A stretch of 64,000 nucleotides of DNA from NCBI GenBank assembly GCA_019828565.1, contig JAHDYR010000005.1, positions 1,107,270 through 1,171,269 on the forward strand. Reading direction: 5' to 3'. The notes under the pieces were generated by a model, which did no database searches, was not told where the DNA came from, and was given only the letters and a program-made list of their open reading frames with translations. The number at the start of each line of letters is the position of its first letter. Position 1 is the first letter of the stretch. The translations under genes and the position numbers were made by a program. The DNA is from Carpediemonas membranifera BICM. Its lineage: Eukaryota; Protista; Fornicata. Of the stretch, positions 44,539 through 55,351 are shown piece after piece.

Positions 44539-47150
44539 AATCTCTGATTCAATCATTAATTCATACGGAAGTAGAAGATACTGGAGGCTGAAAACTTCAG
44601 AGGGCATTGCTATTAGCTATAAAACACCGCTGTTAAGATCCCATGTTCGAACGAGCACTTCACATTTACAACATAAAATGCGTTATCCTCTTTTATCAAC
44701 ACTGACACCATGTGATACTTCAAGACGCCAGACATGTCTTTTATGCTTCTATAACTACCTTCTAGATGTTCTGGAGGTGCCTGAGATCGCCTGGATCGCG
44801 AGGTTTGACCAGCGTTGACACATGAGTATCTCCAGAGTATCTCCCGGGAGACTCTAGCCATTCTTACAGTATGACTGATGGCATTGCCAGCGCAAGCCCG
44901 CGTCTTTCGACCGGCATACTCAGGCGGAGAGCAAAGTCGTCATCGACCTCAGCCTCGCTCGACAGGATTCGGAGGATGGCCGGGACCGCCTCTTTCTTCT
45001 CAAATCCGAGCTCAGCCTCGTAGAGACCGTTGCCGACTCCACCCGTTGCGGGGGGAACGTTACGGAAGAAGTGCTCCCACTTTGTGAGCGCACAATACTT
45101 CGCAATGATCAACGCAGGGGCAGTTGCCTCCGGCCCCTCCTTGGCCACCATCTCTCCGGCAGCGTTAAGGAGTTGCATCACGCGACTGTTGACCTTGGCC
45201 AACTCACCCATCGCATGAGCAGCGGACCCAACCGGAACGCCCACGAGGTTTAGGCTGCGTCTTCTTGGGACGCCTCCCGAGGTGTTGCCGTCGGTAACGT
45301 CTCTGTGCGCCACAACGCACTTCGACTTGTTGAGCCGCAGGCCGACTTCGAGGAACTTCTCCCTCGCGATCTCGACAAGGTTGTTAGCCTCTCGGCCGAC
45401 ACCGGGCGTCTGCAAAGGCCGATCAGTCGTGGCGACTAGATCGTCTTGGTACGCTTGGAGGTGCCAACCCGGGAACGCCTCGCGCAGAACGTCCAGAATG
45501 GGCTTGATGCCCAGGCTGAACAGAATAGGGGACAGGGGATCTCCTTGATGTATGCCCTCAGCTGACCTTATCACTCCTCCTGACGTGGAGAATAGGAGCC
45601 CTTGGCGATACATCGTAGACAGGTAGGGCATGAGAGCAGGCATGTAAGCGCGTACCACGTCGAACATGAACGCCCTAGATAGGCATCCATAAGCGTTCGA
45701 TAAGTCGAGGGAGACAACAGTCCCTCCCTCCTCGTAGACCCTGGTCACGCTGTCACTCAGCCTCTCCAGGCCGCACTTCTCCCCCACCCCATACTGATCC
45801 TTGAGGGTCCGGTCGACGTCGACCAGGCGGGCCCTCACAGCCCAGGCGAGAGCCTTCGCCGCAACCCGCCGAAGCGAGTCCCCGATGGCCACTCCTCGGA
45901 TCTTCCCGGCCCCCTTGGGGACCGGGACAATGATGCAGTGGCTCAATACCGCGGTGTAGGTCTCGCCGTTCAGGATGTCCTGTACGATCGGCATCAATGC
46001 GGCGATGAGTTCATGTCTGGCCACCTTCGCTGCTATTCTGATATGGAGGAAGGACAAGCCCGACGGCCCTGGGGCCGCCTCGGTCTTTAGAGCGTGTAGT
46101 ACAGTCTTGAGGGTCCTAGCGGACACCTCAACTGACTGCAGTGGCTCTGCGGGGACGTCCTTAAACGGAACATCTGGGCGCAGGCCACTGTAATCCTCCT
46201 GCAGTCTCTTCAGCTCTACATCCACCTCCTGTGGTGACAGGCCCGCATCCTCAGCTACCAGCGCAGTGGCTGCCTTGGACACGAACCCGTGGCGAACCAG
46301 TCGCATCACCTTACGCCACTTGGACGGGCGGCGCTTGGGGCCTTTCGATGCAACCGGCGGTGCGTACAGCGCCTTCGGGTACTCGAGTACCGTCCTCAGG
46401 GCCGCGCGCTTCTCGTCCTCGCTCTCCACGAGGGCCACCCGCTTGAGCTTCTCGATCAGGCCTCTGGCGAATTTCTCGCGTCCCCTCTTGGGGGAGCGAT
46501 CTTGCCAAGGAAGAGAGCCTGTCCCGGTGGTAGGAACACGTCGGGTCGATGGGCTGGGTGAGCGGGAGGGGCAGTCGGGGGGCTTGCGGTGAAGCCCACC
46601 GCGGTGACGTGCGCTGCTGCGCTCGGCTGCGATGACAGCTGGCTACCAGGGGCGTGGACCTCTTCGACAGATGGAAGGAGACTGGCAGGGTCGTTGTTGC
46701 CCATCACGTTTCTCCTGATCTCTCGGAAGAATTCGGCCGCCACCGACGGAGCTGTTTTGGCAGAACGCAGCGGTGTTGCTTTGGGAGTACTGCTAAGAGT
46801 AACACCCGCCGCGTCTAAGAGCCGCTTGAAGGAATCTACGATGTCCTTCAGTGCTCTCACCGTCAAACGCACAATCTTCTTGTTGTTCACGTCCTTCATC
46901 AGCTCGACGATGGCCGCTTCGGAGCACAGCGTATCAAACACTGTCTCTACATTGCACCAACGTGCGTCAATGAACTCAGCATTGACGAATTTCGCGTAGT
47001 CGGTACGAACAGTCTGCAGCAGAAGCTGTACGTCCCGAGCAAGCGCGTTTTCGCGCCAATCGGACGTTATGGAAACTCTCATCGCCATCTGGCCTCCAGG
47101 ATCAGCCTGGGGCTCAGAAAATGACGACATTTCCATTTCGGGAGGGAGCA

Positions 47151-47540
47151 CAGTTTATTGCCTTTTGGACGAACTGTATTGCGAGCGGCGAGGCGCAGCC
47201 GAGCTTCGCGAGCCTGAGCGCAGCGAAGACGTCACTCTAGTGGTCAGTATGTCGGGTTTGAGGCACTGCTCGCTCCGAAATCTCCCTTTCGACTCTCCAC
47301 TCAGTCACAACGAACGCGAACGCGAATAACGCGCAGATCACGCTCAAAGTACAGAAACAACATCAGTATTAGTGGTTGAGGCCATTAGCCTCAGCTTGAC
47401 GGTGCGCAGCATCCGCCTGGCGCATGAACGCATGGAACACATGAACTTGCTTTCGCGCCATACGAGTCTCGTACGTCGTCGAGTCACCACCTGGCCTCCA
47501 GGATCAGCCTGGGGCACAGAAAATGACGACATTTCCATTT
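47151..47540 (-). mobile_element. mini-B copy 3
   Basis: Same 390-bp structure and junction. Confidence 0.9.
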
Positions 47541-47552
47541 CGGGAGGGAGCA

Positions 47553-50500
47553 AACTTTTATGTAATCAACGACAAACTGTCTAGCGAGCGGCGAGGCGCA
47601 GCCGAGCTTCGCGAGCCTGAGCGCAGCGAAGCAGTTTGAGGCTATGGGGTGCGTCGGGGTCCTCCGTCGCTCCATCCAGTGAGTCGCTGGCGAGTCAACA
47701 AAACCAACAAGAACACTCTGAAGCGCTCTGCACGAGCCGATTGCTACACCAATATCAGAATTGAGTAACAATTAGTGGGAGAGGCCCAAATCCTCTGCTG
47801 CAGCATGTGCTGCGTCGCATTGCTTGATGAACGCTGCATATGTGTGCACTTGCCCTCTCATGCACGCCAAGAAAGCGTTATCAGCCATCTCGCGGACCTG
47901 CTCAGCCTTAAGACCAAGTTCATCGCGCAAATCGTCCGTCCAGCCCCTTCCGTGCACTCTTCCAACGTCACCGTTGTGAAGCGTCACCGCGGGTATGAGC
48001 TTGACGTCCCAGTTGGAGTACTGGGCGCGCTTGCTCGTCATGGCCTGAGACACGTGGTTGCTGACGACGTTGTCAATGACGATTGCCTTCACGCCAGGTT
48101 TCGTGAGGAGGATGTCCGCCCGCGCCTTCATAGGCTTGGTCCGGTCAATGGTCCACTCACTGGCCTTGTTCAACCACACCTCGGACTGGACTCTCCAGCC
48201 ATAACCCTTCAGGTCTCTCACCAGCCCGTCCTTGATAGCGTTGTGACGCTCGTCCAGGCCTCCACGGAGGCATGGGCAGCACAGGGTGTGAGTAGCGTTG
48301 CACACAACGGACTGGTGGTTCACGGTGCGTGCCCTGCAGAGAGGGCAGACGTCAAATCCGGGCGTGAATGCGGGGAGGCCCAGGTGATTGCGGAAGATGG
48401 GGGCAACAGCGGCATCGGTTACCGAGCGCCCAAGAGAGGTCGGGTCGACCATCATGAACGACCGAACGACGTTGGGCGAGACGGCGGCACTCACAGAGAG
48501 CTTGGTGGCAATAGATTCCTCAACGAGGCGAACCAAGTTCTTCTGCGTGTGGTCGGCGTCAAGAGCCTTCACATCGTCCAAGCCACTAGGCCAGTTCGAC
48601 GGCGTGTTGAGCTGGGGCGGGAGACACTTGATGGCACCCGTCACGCTGTCAGGTGAGCGTGTAACACCCAGCCCTGCCAGTTGTCTCGTGGCCGCGAGGA
48701 ACGCGGGAGCCCACACGACTGATGGCATTGCCAGCGCAAGCCCGCGTCTTTCGACCGGCATACTCAGGCGGAGAGCAAAGTCGTCATCGACCTCAGCCTC
48801 GCTCGACAGGATTCGGAGGATGGCCGGGACCGCCTCTTTCTTCTCAAATCCGAGCTCAGCCTCGTAGAGACCGTTGCCGACTCCACCCGTTGCGGGGGGG
48901 AACGTTACGGAAGAAGTGCTCCCCACTTTGTGAGCGCACAATACTTCGCAATGATCAACGCAGGGGCAGTTGCCTCCGGCCCCTCCTTGGCCACCATCTC
49001 TCCGGCAGCGTTAAGGAGTTGCATCACGCGACTGTTGACCTTGGCCAACTCACCCATCGCATGAGCAGCGGACCCAACCGGAACGCCCACGAGGTTTAGG
49101 CTGCGTCTTCTTGGGACGCCTCCCGAGGTGTTGCCGTCGGTAACGTCTCTGTGCGCCACAACGCACTTCGACTTGTTGAGCCGCAGGCCGACTTCGAAGA
49201 ACTTCTCCCTCGCGATCTCGACAAGGTTGTTAGCCTCTCGGCCGACACCGGGCGTCTGCAAAGGCCGATCAGTCGTGGCGACTAGATCGTCTTGGTACGC
49301 TTGGAGGTGCCAACCCGGGAACGCCTCGCGCAGAACGTCCAGAATGGGCTTGATGCCCAGGCTGAACAGAATAGGGGACAGGGGATCTCCTTGATGTATG
49401 CCCTCAGCTGACCTTATCACTCCTCCTGACGTGGAGAATAGGAGCCCTTGGCGATACATCGTAGACAGGTAGGGCATGAGAGCAGGCATGTAAGCGCGTA
49501 CCACGTCGAACATGAACGCCCTAGATAGGCATCCATAAGCGTTCGATAAGTCGAGGGAGACAACAGTCCCTCCCTCCTCGTAGACCCTGGTCACGCTGTC
49601 ACTCAGCCTCTCCAGGCCGCACTTCTCCCCCACCCCATACTGATCCTTGAGGGTCCGGTCGACGTCGACCAGGCGGGCCCTCACAGCCCAGGCGAGAGCC
49701 TTCGCCGCAACCCGCCGAAGCGAGTCCCCGATGGCCACTCCTCGGATCTTCCCGGCCCCTTGGGGACCGGGACAATGATGCAGTGGCTCAATACCGCGGT
49801 GTAGGTCTCGCCGTTCAGGATGTCCTGTACGATCGGCATCAATGCGGCGATGAGGTCATGTCTGGCCACCTTCGCTGCTATTCTGATATGGAGGAAGGAC
49901 AAGCCCGACGGCCCTGGGGCCGCCTCGGCCTTTAGAGCGTGTAGTACAGTCTTGAGGGTCCTAGCGGACACCTCAACTGACTGCAGTGGCTCTGCGGGGA
50001 CGTCCTTAAACGGAACATCTGGGCGCAGGCCACTGTAATCCTCCTGCAGTCTCTTCAGCTCTACATCCACCTCCTGTGGTGACAGGCCCGCATCCTCAGC
50101 TACCAGCGCAGTGGCTGCCTTGGACACGAACCCGTGGCGAACCAGTCGCATCACCTTACGCCACTTGGACGGGCGGCGCTTGGGGCCTTTCGATGCAACC
50201 GGCGGTGCGTACAGCGCCTTCGGGTACTCGAGTACCGTCCTCAGGGCCGCGCGCTTCTCGTCCTCGCTCTCCACGAGGGCCACCCGCTTGAGCTTCTCGA
50301 TCAGGCCTCTGGCGAATTTCTCGCGTCCCCTCTTGGGGGAGCGATCTTGCCAAGGAAGAGAGCCTGTCCCGGTGGTAGGAACACGTCGGGTCGATGGGCT
50401 GGGTGAGCGGGAGGGGCAGTCGGGGGCTTGCGGTGAAGCCCACCGCGGTGACGTGCGCTGCTGCGCTCGGCTGCGATGACAGCTGGCTACCAGGGGCGTG

Positions 50501-50982
50501 GACCTCTTCGACAGATGGAAGGAGACTGGCAGGGTCGTTGTTGCCCATCACGTTTCTCCTGATCTCTCGGAAGAATTCGGCCGCCACCGACGGAGCTGTT
50601 TTGGCAGAACGCAGCGGTGTTGCTTTGGGAGTACTGCTAAGAGTAACACCCGCCGCGTCTAAGAGCCGCTTGAAGGAATCTACGATGTCCTTCAGTGCTC
50701 TCACCGTCAAACGCACAATCTTCTTGTTGTTCACGTCCTTCATCAGCTCGACGATGGCCGCTTCGGAGCACAGCGTATCAAACACTGTCTCTACATTGCA
50801 CCAACGTGCGTCAATGAACTCAGCATTGACGAATTTCGCGTAGTCGGTACGAACAGTCTGCAGCAGAAGCTGTACGTCCCGAGCAAGCGCGTTTTCGCGC
50901 CAATCGGACGTTATGGAAACTCTCATCGCCATCTGGCCTCCAGGATCAGCCTGGGGCACAGAAAATGACGACATTTCCATTT
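47553..50982 (-). mobile_element. CRE-like family A copy 7, full length, frameshifted (ORF 47772-50980)
   Basis: Near-identical to copy 5. Confidence 0.92.
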
Positions 50983-50994
50983 CGGGAGGGAGCA

Positions 50995-53122
50995 CAGTTT
51001 ATTGCCTTTTTGGACGAACTGTATTGCGAGCGGCGAGGCGCAGCCGAGCTTCGCGAGCCTGAGCGCAGCGAAGACGTCACTCTAGTGGTCAGTATGTCGG
51101 GTTTGAGGCACTGCTTGCTCCGAAATCTCCCTTTCGACTCTCCACTCAGTCACAACGAACGCGAACGCGAATAACGCGCAGATCACGCTCAAAGTACAGA
51201 AACAACATCAGTATTAGTGGTTGAGGCCATTAGCCTCAGCTTGACGGTGCGCAGCATCCGCCTGGCGCATGAACGCATGGAACACATGAACTTGCTGCCG
51301 CATACAGGCCATCATGACCGCGTCGGCAATCTGCCCAACAGTTTCGGCATCAAGGCCCAAAACGTCGCGCATCTCATCGGTCCATCCTCTCCCATGCACA
51401 GCACCAACACCACCACTCTGGCGAACGACCACGGGAATAACCCGGACGTTCCAGTTGGCGTACTGCTCCTTCTTGCTCCGCATAGATGCAGACGCGTGAT
51501 TGCTCACCACTACGTCAAGCACAACGGGTTCGGTATGGCCCGGTCTGGTCAAGAGGAGGTCCGCCCGCGCCTTGACCCGTTTGGTCCGGTCCACAGTCCA
51601 CTCGCTGCCCCGTCCGAGCCAATGCTCAACTCTTACGCGCCAGGGGTGCCCGCGCAGCAGTTTGGCGAGCGTGTCGCGAATTTGGTCGTGCCGCTCCGAT
51701 CCCAGCCCCTCCCTCAGGAAGGGACAGGTAAGAGAATGCTCGGCTGAGCAGGGGACAGACCGGTGGTTAACACTACGGGCCAGGCATAGCGGACAGACGT
51801 CGTGGCCTGTCTCAAAGGCAGGAAGGCCGACATGGTTGCGAAGCATCGGTGCAGCACCCTCGTCACAGGGGTTACGACCCATAGCGGCTGGATCAGCCGC
51901 GAGTAGAGACCTGATCACGTTTGGCGAGTCGACTGAAACAGTCAGTTGGCTGGAAATGTTATCCTGCAGGAGGCGTACCAACTTCTTCTGCGTGCTCTCG
52001 AGTGAGAGCTTTCTGACATCGCCATATGATGTCGGCCAATCCTTGGGCGTCGCGGCGAGAGCCGGGATGCATGGCAGTGCGTCTTGGATGAGAGCCTCGG
52101 GCCTTTCGACCTTCAGCTCTATGAGTTGTCGTGCGGCACCCAGATAGGCTGGGGCCCACACAACAGAGGGCATGGCCAATCCGAGCCCGCCTTGACTGAC
52201 CGGCAGACAGAGCCTTGCGGCGAAGTCCTTGTCAGTCTCTGCGCTGGACTGGAGCAGTTTCAGGATGGCGGAGACCACCTTCTGCTGTTCGAAGTCCAGT
52301 TGCGACTCGAACATGTCACCCCCGCCCGGCGAAACATTGCGGAAGAAGTGCTCCCACTTGGTGAGGGCACACAGTTTCGTCACTAGGAGGGCAGGGGCGA
52401 CGGCTTCCGCGCCAATGTCAGAGACCATCGATGCAGCAGCGTCAAGCAGCTCCATAACCTTGCGGTTAGCAGAGCCTAGCTCCCGCATGATGTGCGTGGC
52501 GGAGCCGATTGGAACACCAACCAGCTTGGTATCGCGTCTCCGTGGGACGCCACCAGTTGTGTTGCCGTCAACGACATCCTTATGGGCTAGCACGCACTTG
52601 GCACGGTTGAGGCGGAGGCCAACCTCGTTGAACTTCTGAGCGGCGAGTTCTGTGAGATTGTTGGCCTCACGGCCGACCCCAGGCGACTGTAGCGGGCGGG
52701 TAGTGGTGGCTACAATGTCATCCTGGTAGGCACGGATGCACCACCCAGGGAAAGCCTCGCGCAAGACGTCCAGAATGGGCTTAACGCCTAAGCTGAAAAG
52801 AATTGGCGAGAGCGGGTCCCCTTGGTGAATGCCTTCGGCCGACCTCATGGTGATGCCGGAGGTAGAGAAAAGTAAGCCCCGTCGGTACATGGTCGACAGG
52901 TATGGGATGAGCGCCGGCATGTAGGCCGCCACCACCTTCATGGCGAAGGCCCTCGACAAGCATCCATAGGCGTTGGAAAGGTCGAGTGTGAGCACTGTAC
53001 CGCCACTTCGGTAGACTGCACTCACCTCCTCTCCCAACCTCTCCAAGCCGCACTTCTCACCTACTCCGAACTGGTCCTTCAGGGCACGATCGACGTCAAC
53101 CAGCCGCTTACGGACGGACCAG
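50995..53122 (-). mobile_element. CRE-like family B copy 3, 5' part missing (ORF 51214-53122)
   Basis: Matches B until ...CGGACGGACCAG at 53122, then unrelated sequence. Confidence 0.9.
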
Positions 53123-53143
53123 CTGAAAGCGGGCTTCACTGGC

Positions 53144-54238
53144 ATGGCAAGATGGCCATCTGAGAAGGACATCGAGACGGCGATCCTCAAGCCGAAGGAA
53201 GATGGGCCCATCGAATGGGATGTAGACAGGGACAGCGTCAAGAAGGCCGAAGGATCGTTCATACTGGTATCAGGGGCTCATGGAGACGAGGCCGTAGAAG
53301 GCGTGCCTTACGACAAGGTATGGGATCCGGCAAACCAAGGCCCGGTCACCAGAGTGGCCTACGAGCAAGAGGACGGCAAGTACAGGGTCATCCTAGAGCT
53401 AAGCGACACGTCAGCATGGTCCATCAGCCGCTTCATGGAGGAGGCTAGGGACATCCTCAGGCTTCAGGCACCGGAGGCCCCGGCCATATGGCAGGCAGCA
53501 TGGAACAAGTCAGGGATCTACCTGAAGGGCAGAACCAATATCCTGGGCGAAGGGGAGGAGACCCCCCTTAGCAACGAGCCGCCGTTCCGGAAGGTGAGGC
53601 TGGAAGTGCTCAAGGCCACCTCGGTCCGCAGCAATAGGGACGAACATGCCGATCTGGACAGGTCGTCCGCTAGCACGGTCATCGACGGAGACGAGGAGCA
53701 ACATGTCAAGGACAAGGAGGAACGACGCCAGCAGGCCACCATGCCCGGCAGAAGAAGCCTCGACGACAGCCTCCTGGAAGTGAACAAGGACATGGTCGGG
53801 GCCAACCAAGGCAAGATCGACCAGGACGAGGAGGTCGACTCAAACAAGGTCAGCAGCCAGCCGCCGAGGATGCCTAGAAAGGACAAGGAGAAACGACTGG
53901 TGATCGGAGCCATCGACTTCGAGTGCGCAGACCCTGGCGTCAAGAAGGCAGGGATCCCTGCCATCCCGGTTGAGGGCGGGATCGTACTCTTTGACCTCAG
54001 CACTGGGGACATTCTTGGACACGGGCATGGCCTGTATTACCAGGACATACCGGCAGCAAGCATGGACCAAGCGAGGTACACGGCATGGGCAGTGACGGGG
54101 CTGCCGCCGGCCACCTTCGTGGAGGTCGGGACGGGGCGGCCGCCGATCGAGTATGAGAAGCACATACATACTTTCAGGGACTGGGCCAACCGCCTGGCGG
54201 CTCACATACTGTCAACATCCCTAGATTATCTTTGCTAA
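53144..54238 (+). CDS. Fragment encoding the N-half of a second, divergent Maelstrom-like domain
   Basis: AIDFEC...IPVEGG...DIPAASMDQARYTAWAVTGLPP aligns with VVDFEG...YPVEAG...DIPAQLMQTALYQAAVVHGCPP of the LINE. Confidence 0.65.
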   Translation: MARWPSEKDIETAILKPKEDGPIEWDVDRDSVKKAEGSFILVSGAHGDEAVEGVPYDKVWDPANQGPVTRVAYEQEDGKYRVILELSDTSAWSISRFMEEARDILRLQAPEAPAIWQAAWNKSGIYLKGRTNILGEGEETPLSNEPPFRKVRLEVLKATSVRSNRDEHADLDRSSASTVIDGDEEQHVKDKEERRQQATMPGRRSLDDSLLEVNKDMVGANQGKIDQDEEVDSNKVSSQPPRMPRKDKEKRLVIGAIDFECADPGVKKAGIPAIPVEGGIVLFDLSTGDILGHGHGLYYQDIPAASMDQARYTAWAVTGLPPATFVEVGTGRPPIEYEKHIHTFRDWANRLAAHILSTSLDYLC

Positions 54239-54561
54239 ACCCTAGATTATCTTCGACCTCAAAAAGCTAGATAATCTACGGTTGCAAGAAAAAATGAACT
54301 CGACGATGAGCCGGAGCTGGATCTTCAAAGTGGTATGGTAGTACTTGGCTATACCTAAGCAATACGCATGCGCAGTATCAAACTTTAAATCCTGCTAGAA
54401 AAAAGTAACATAGGGACAAATTGGAATTGAGAGTTGAGACTCAAAAAACGGGCAGGGGGGAGGAAATGGTCCATAAGTACGCCTTATGGGTCGCTTCCTC
54501 CCCTCTGCCCCTTTTTTTATCGCAAAATCGATTTGCCGGATTTGACACATGTTTGATGTGA

Positions 54562-55050
54562 TCAAAATGGATTTGATAGACATGAGTCCAGATCATGCAG
54601 TTGGCCATCCTGAAGCGCTAGGGCGGTCTGCAGACCGCAGCAATGCCTCTGCTGAATGCCCTTCGCCTGACGGACAGGACGCGCGTTCGCCTCGTTGTGC
54701 AGAGCCTCCATGAAGGCATTGAAGCCGTCATCACGGCCCACCTTCTGCGTCACAAACGACATGACGCATGTGACCGACATCTCAAAGGATGCAAAATCGG
54801 CAGCACTGGAAACATCGCGATTGTGGCAGATTGAGTTTCGAGCTGCCAACAGCTCGCGTATATGTCTCTTATCAGCGTGGTGAAGATCAGGAACACGATG
54901 TAGGATCGCTTGCAAAAGCATAGCCGGATCCATCTCGCCACCGTCACCACGGTACCTCGCGATGTACTCCTGCAGCTTCGGAATCATCCTCAGTAGCGCT
55001 TCAAACATCATGCTGGCGTATCCTGCTGAATCCTTCACCCCAGAGCTCAT
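54562..55050 (-). CDS. HEPN-motif protein, truncated copy with novel C-terminus
   Basis: First ~122 aa identical to the full copies. Confidence 0.6.
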   Translation of the reverse strand: MSSGVKDSAGYASMMFEALLRMIPKLQEYIARYRGDGGEMDPAMLLQAILHRVPDLHHADKRHIRELLAARNSICHNRDVSSAADFASFEMSVTCVMSFVTQKVGRDDGFNAFMEALHNEANARPVRQAKGIQQRHCCGLQTALALQDGQLHDLDSCLSNPF

Positions 55051-55351
55051 ATCGGTTTCTTCAGAACGAAATTCTAAAGAAATGTTCGGTGGTAAGTGAG
55101 ATCACTGCGCATCTAGAGACAGCAGAAACGTAACCTACAGCCCATATTGATGTGGGCTGGTCTTATCCGGATGTCCAAGGACCTTGATTCGCTCTGGGGT
55201 AGTCCCCCATGACCGTCAGGCACGCGAACCGCATCCTGCACGAAGCGGGGATGCAGAGTCTGAAAAGACCCATCTCTCTGTCCGATCTGGATACCCCTGA
55301 CGATAGATGGAATGAATGAAGCTGTAAACATATCCATTGACTCTGAATCTT

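Larger units (their letters stand above)
41166..44871 (-). mobile_element. Putative DNA transposon with Chapaev/Transib/RAG1-like transposase (ends tentative)
   Basis: TACTGTA...TACAGTA termini; 36-37-bp inverted repeat 41234-41270/43941-43976 bracketing the ORF. Confidence 0.5.
36154..47138 (-). mobile_element. CRE-like family A copy 6, with ~480 bp replaced by an 8-kb foreign block
   Basis: 3' part 36154-36839 and 5' part 44873-47138; missing part equals 22641-23121 of copy 3. Confidence 0.8.
476..50994 (+). repeat. 12-bp target/TSD motif CGGGAGGGAGCA (tRNA 3' end), 13 copies
   Basis: Starts at 476 (in the tRNA), 7910, 8312, 11343, 21942, 25389, 28837, 29239, 32686, 36142, 47139, 47541 and 50983. 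Each is at an element boundary. Confidence 0.93.

Noticed and set aside
6745-52639. Numerous short plus-strand ORFs antisense to the CRE and DIRS genes
   Set aside because: Shadow frames of GC-rich coding sequence, repeated only because the elements repeat; no motifs.
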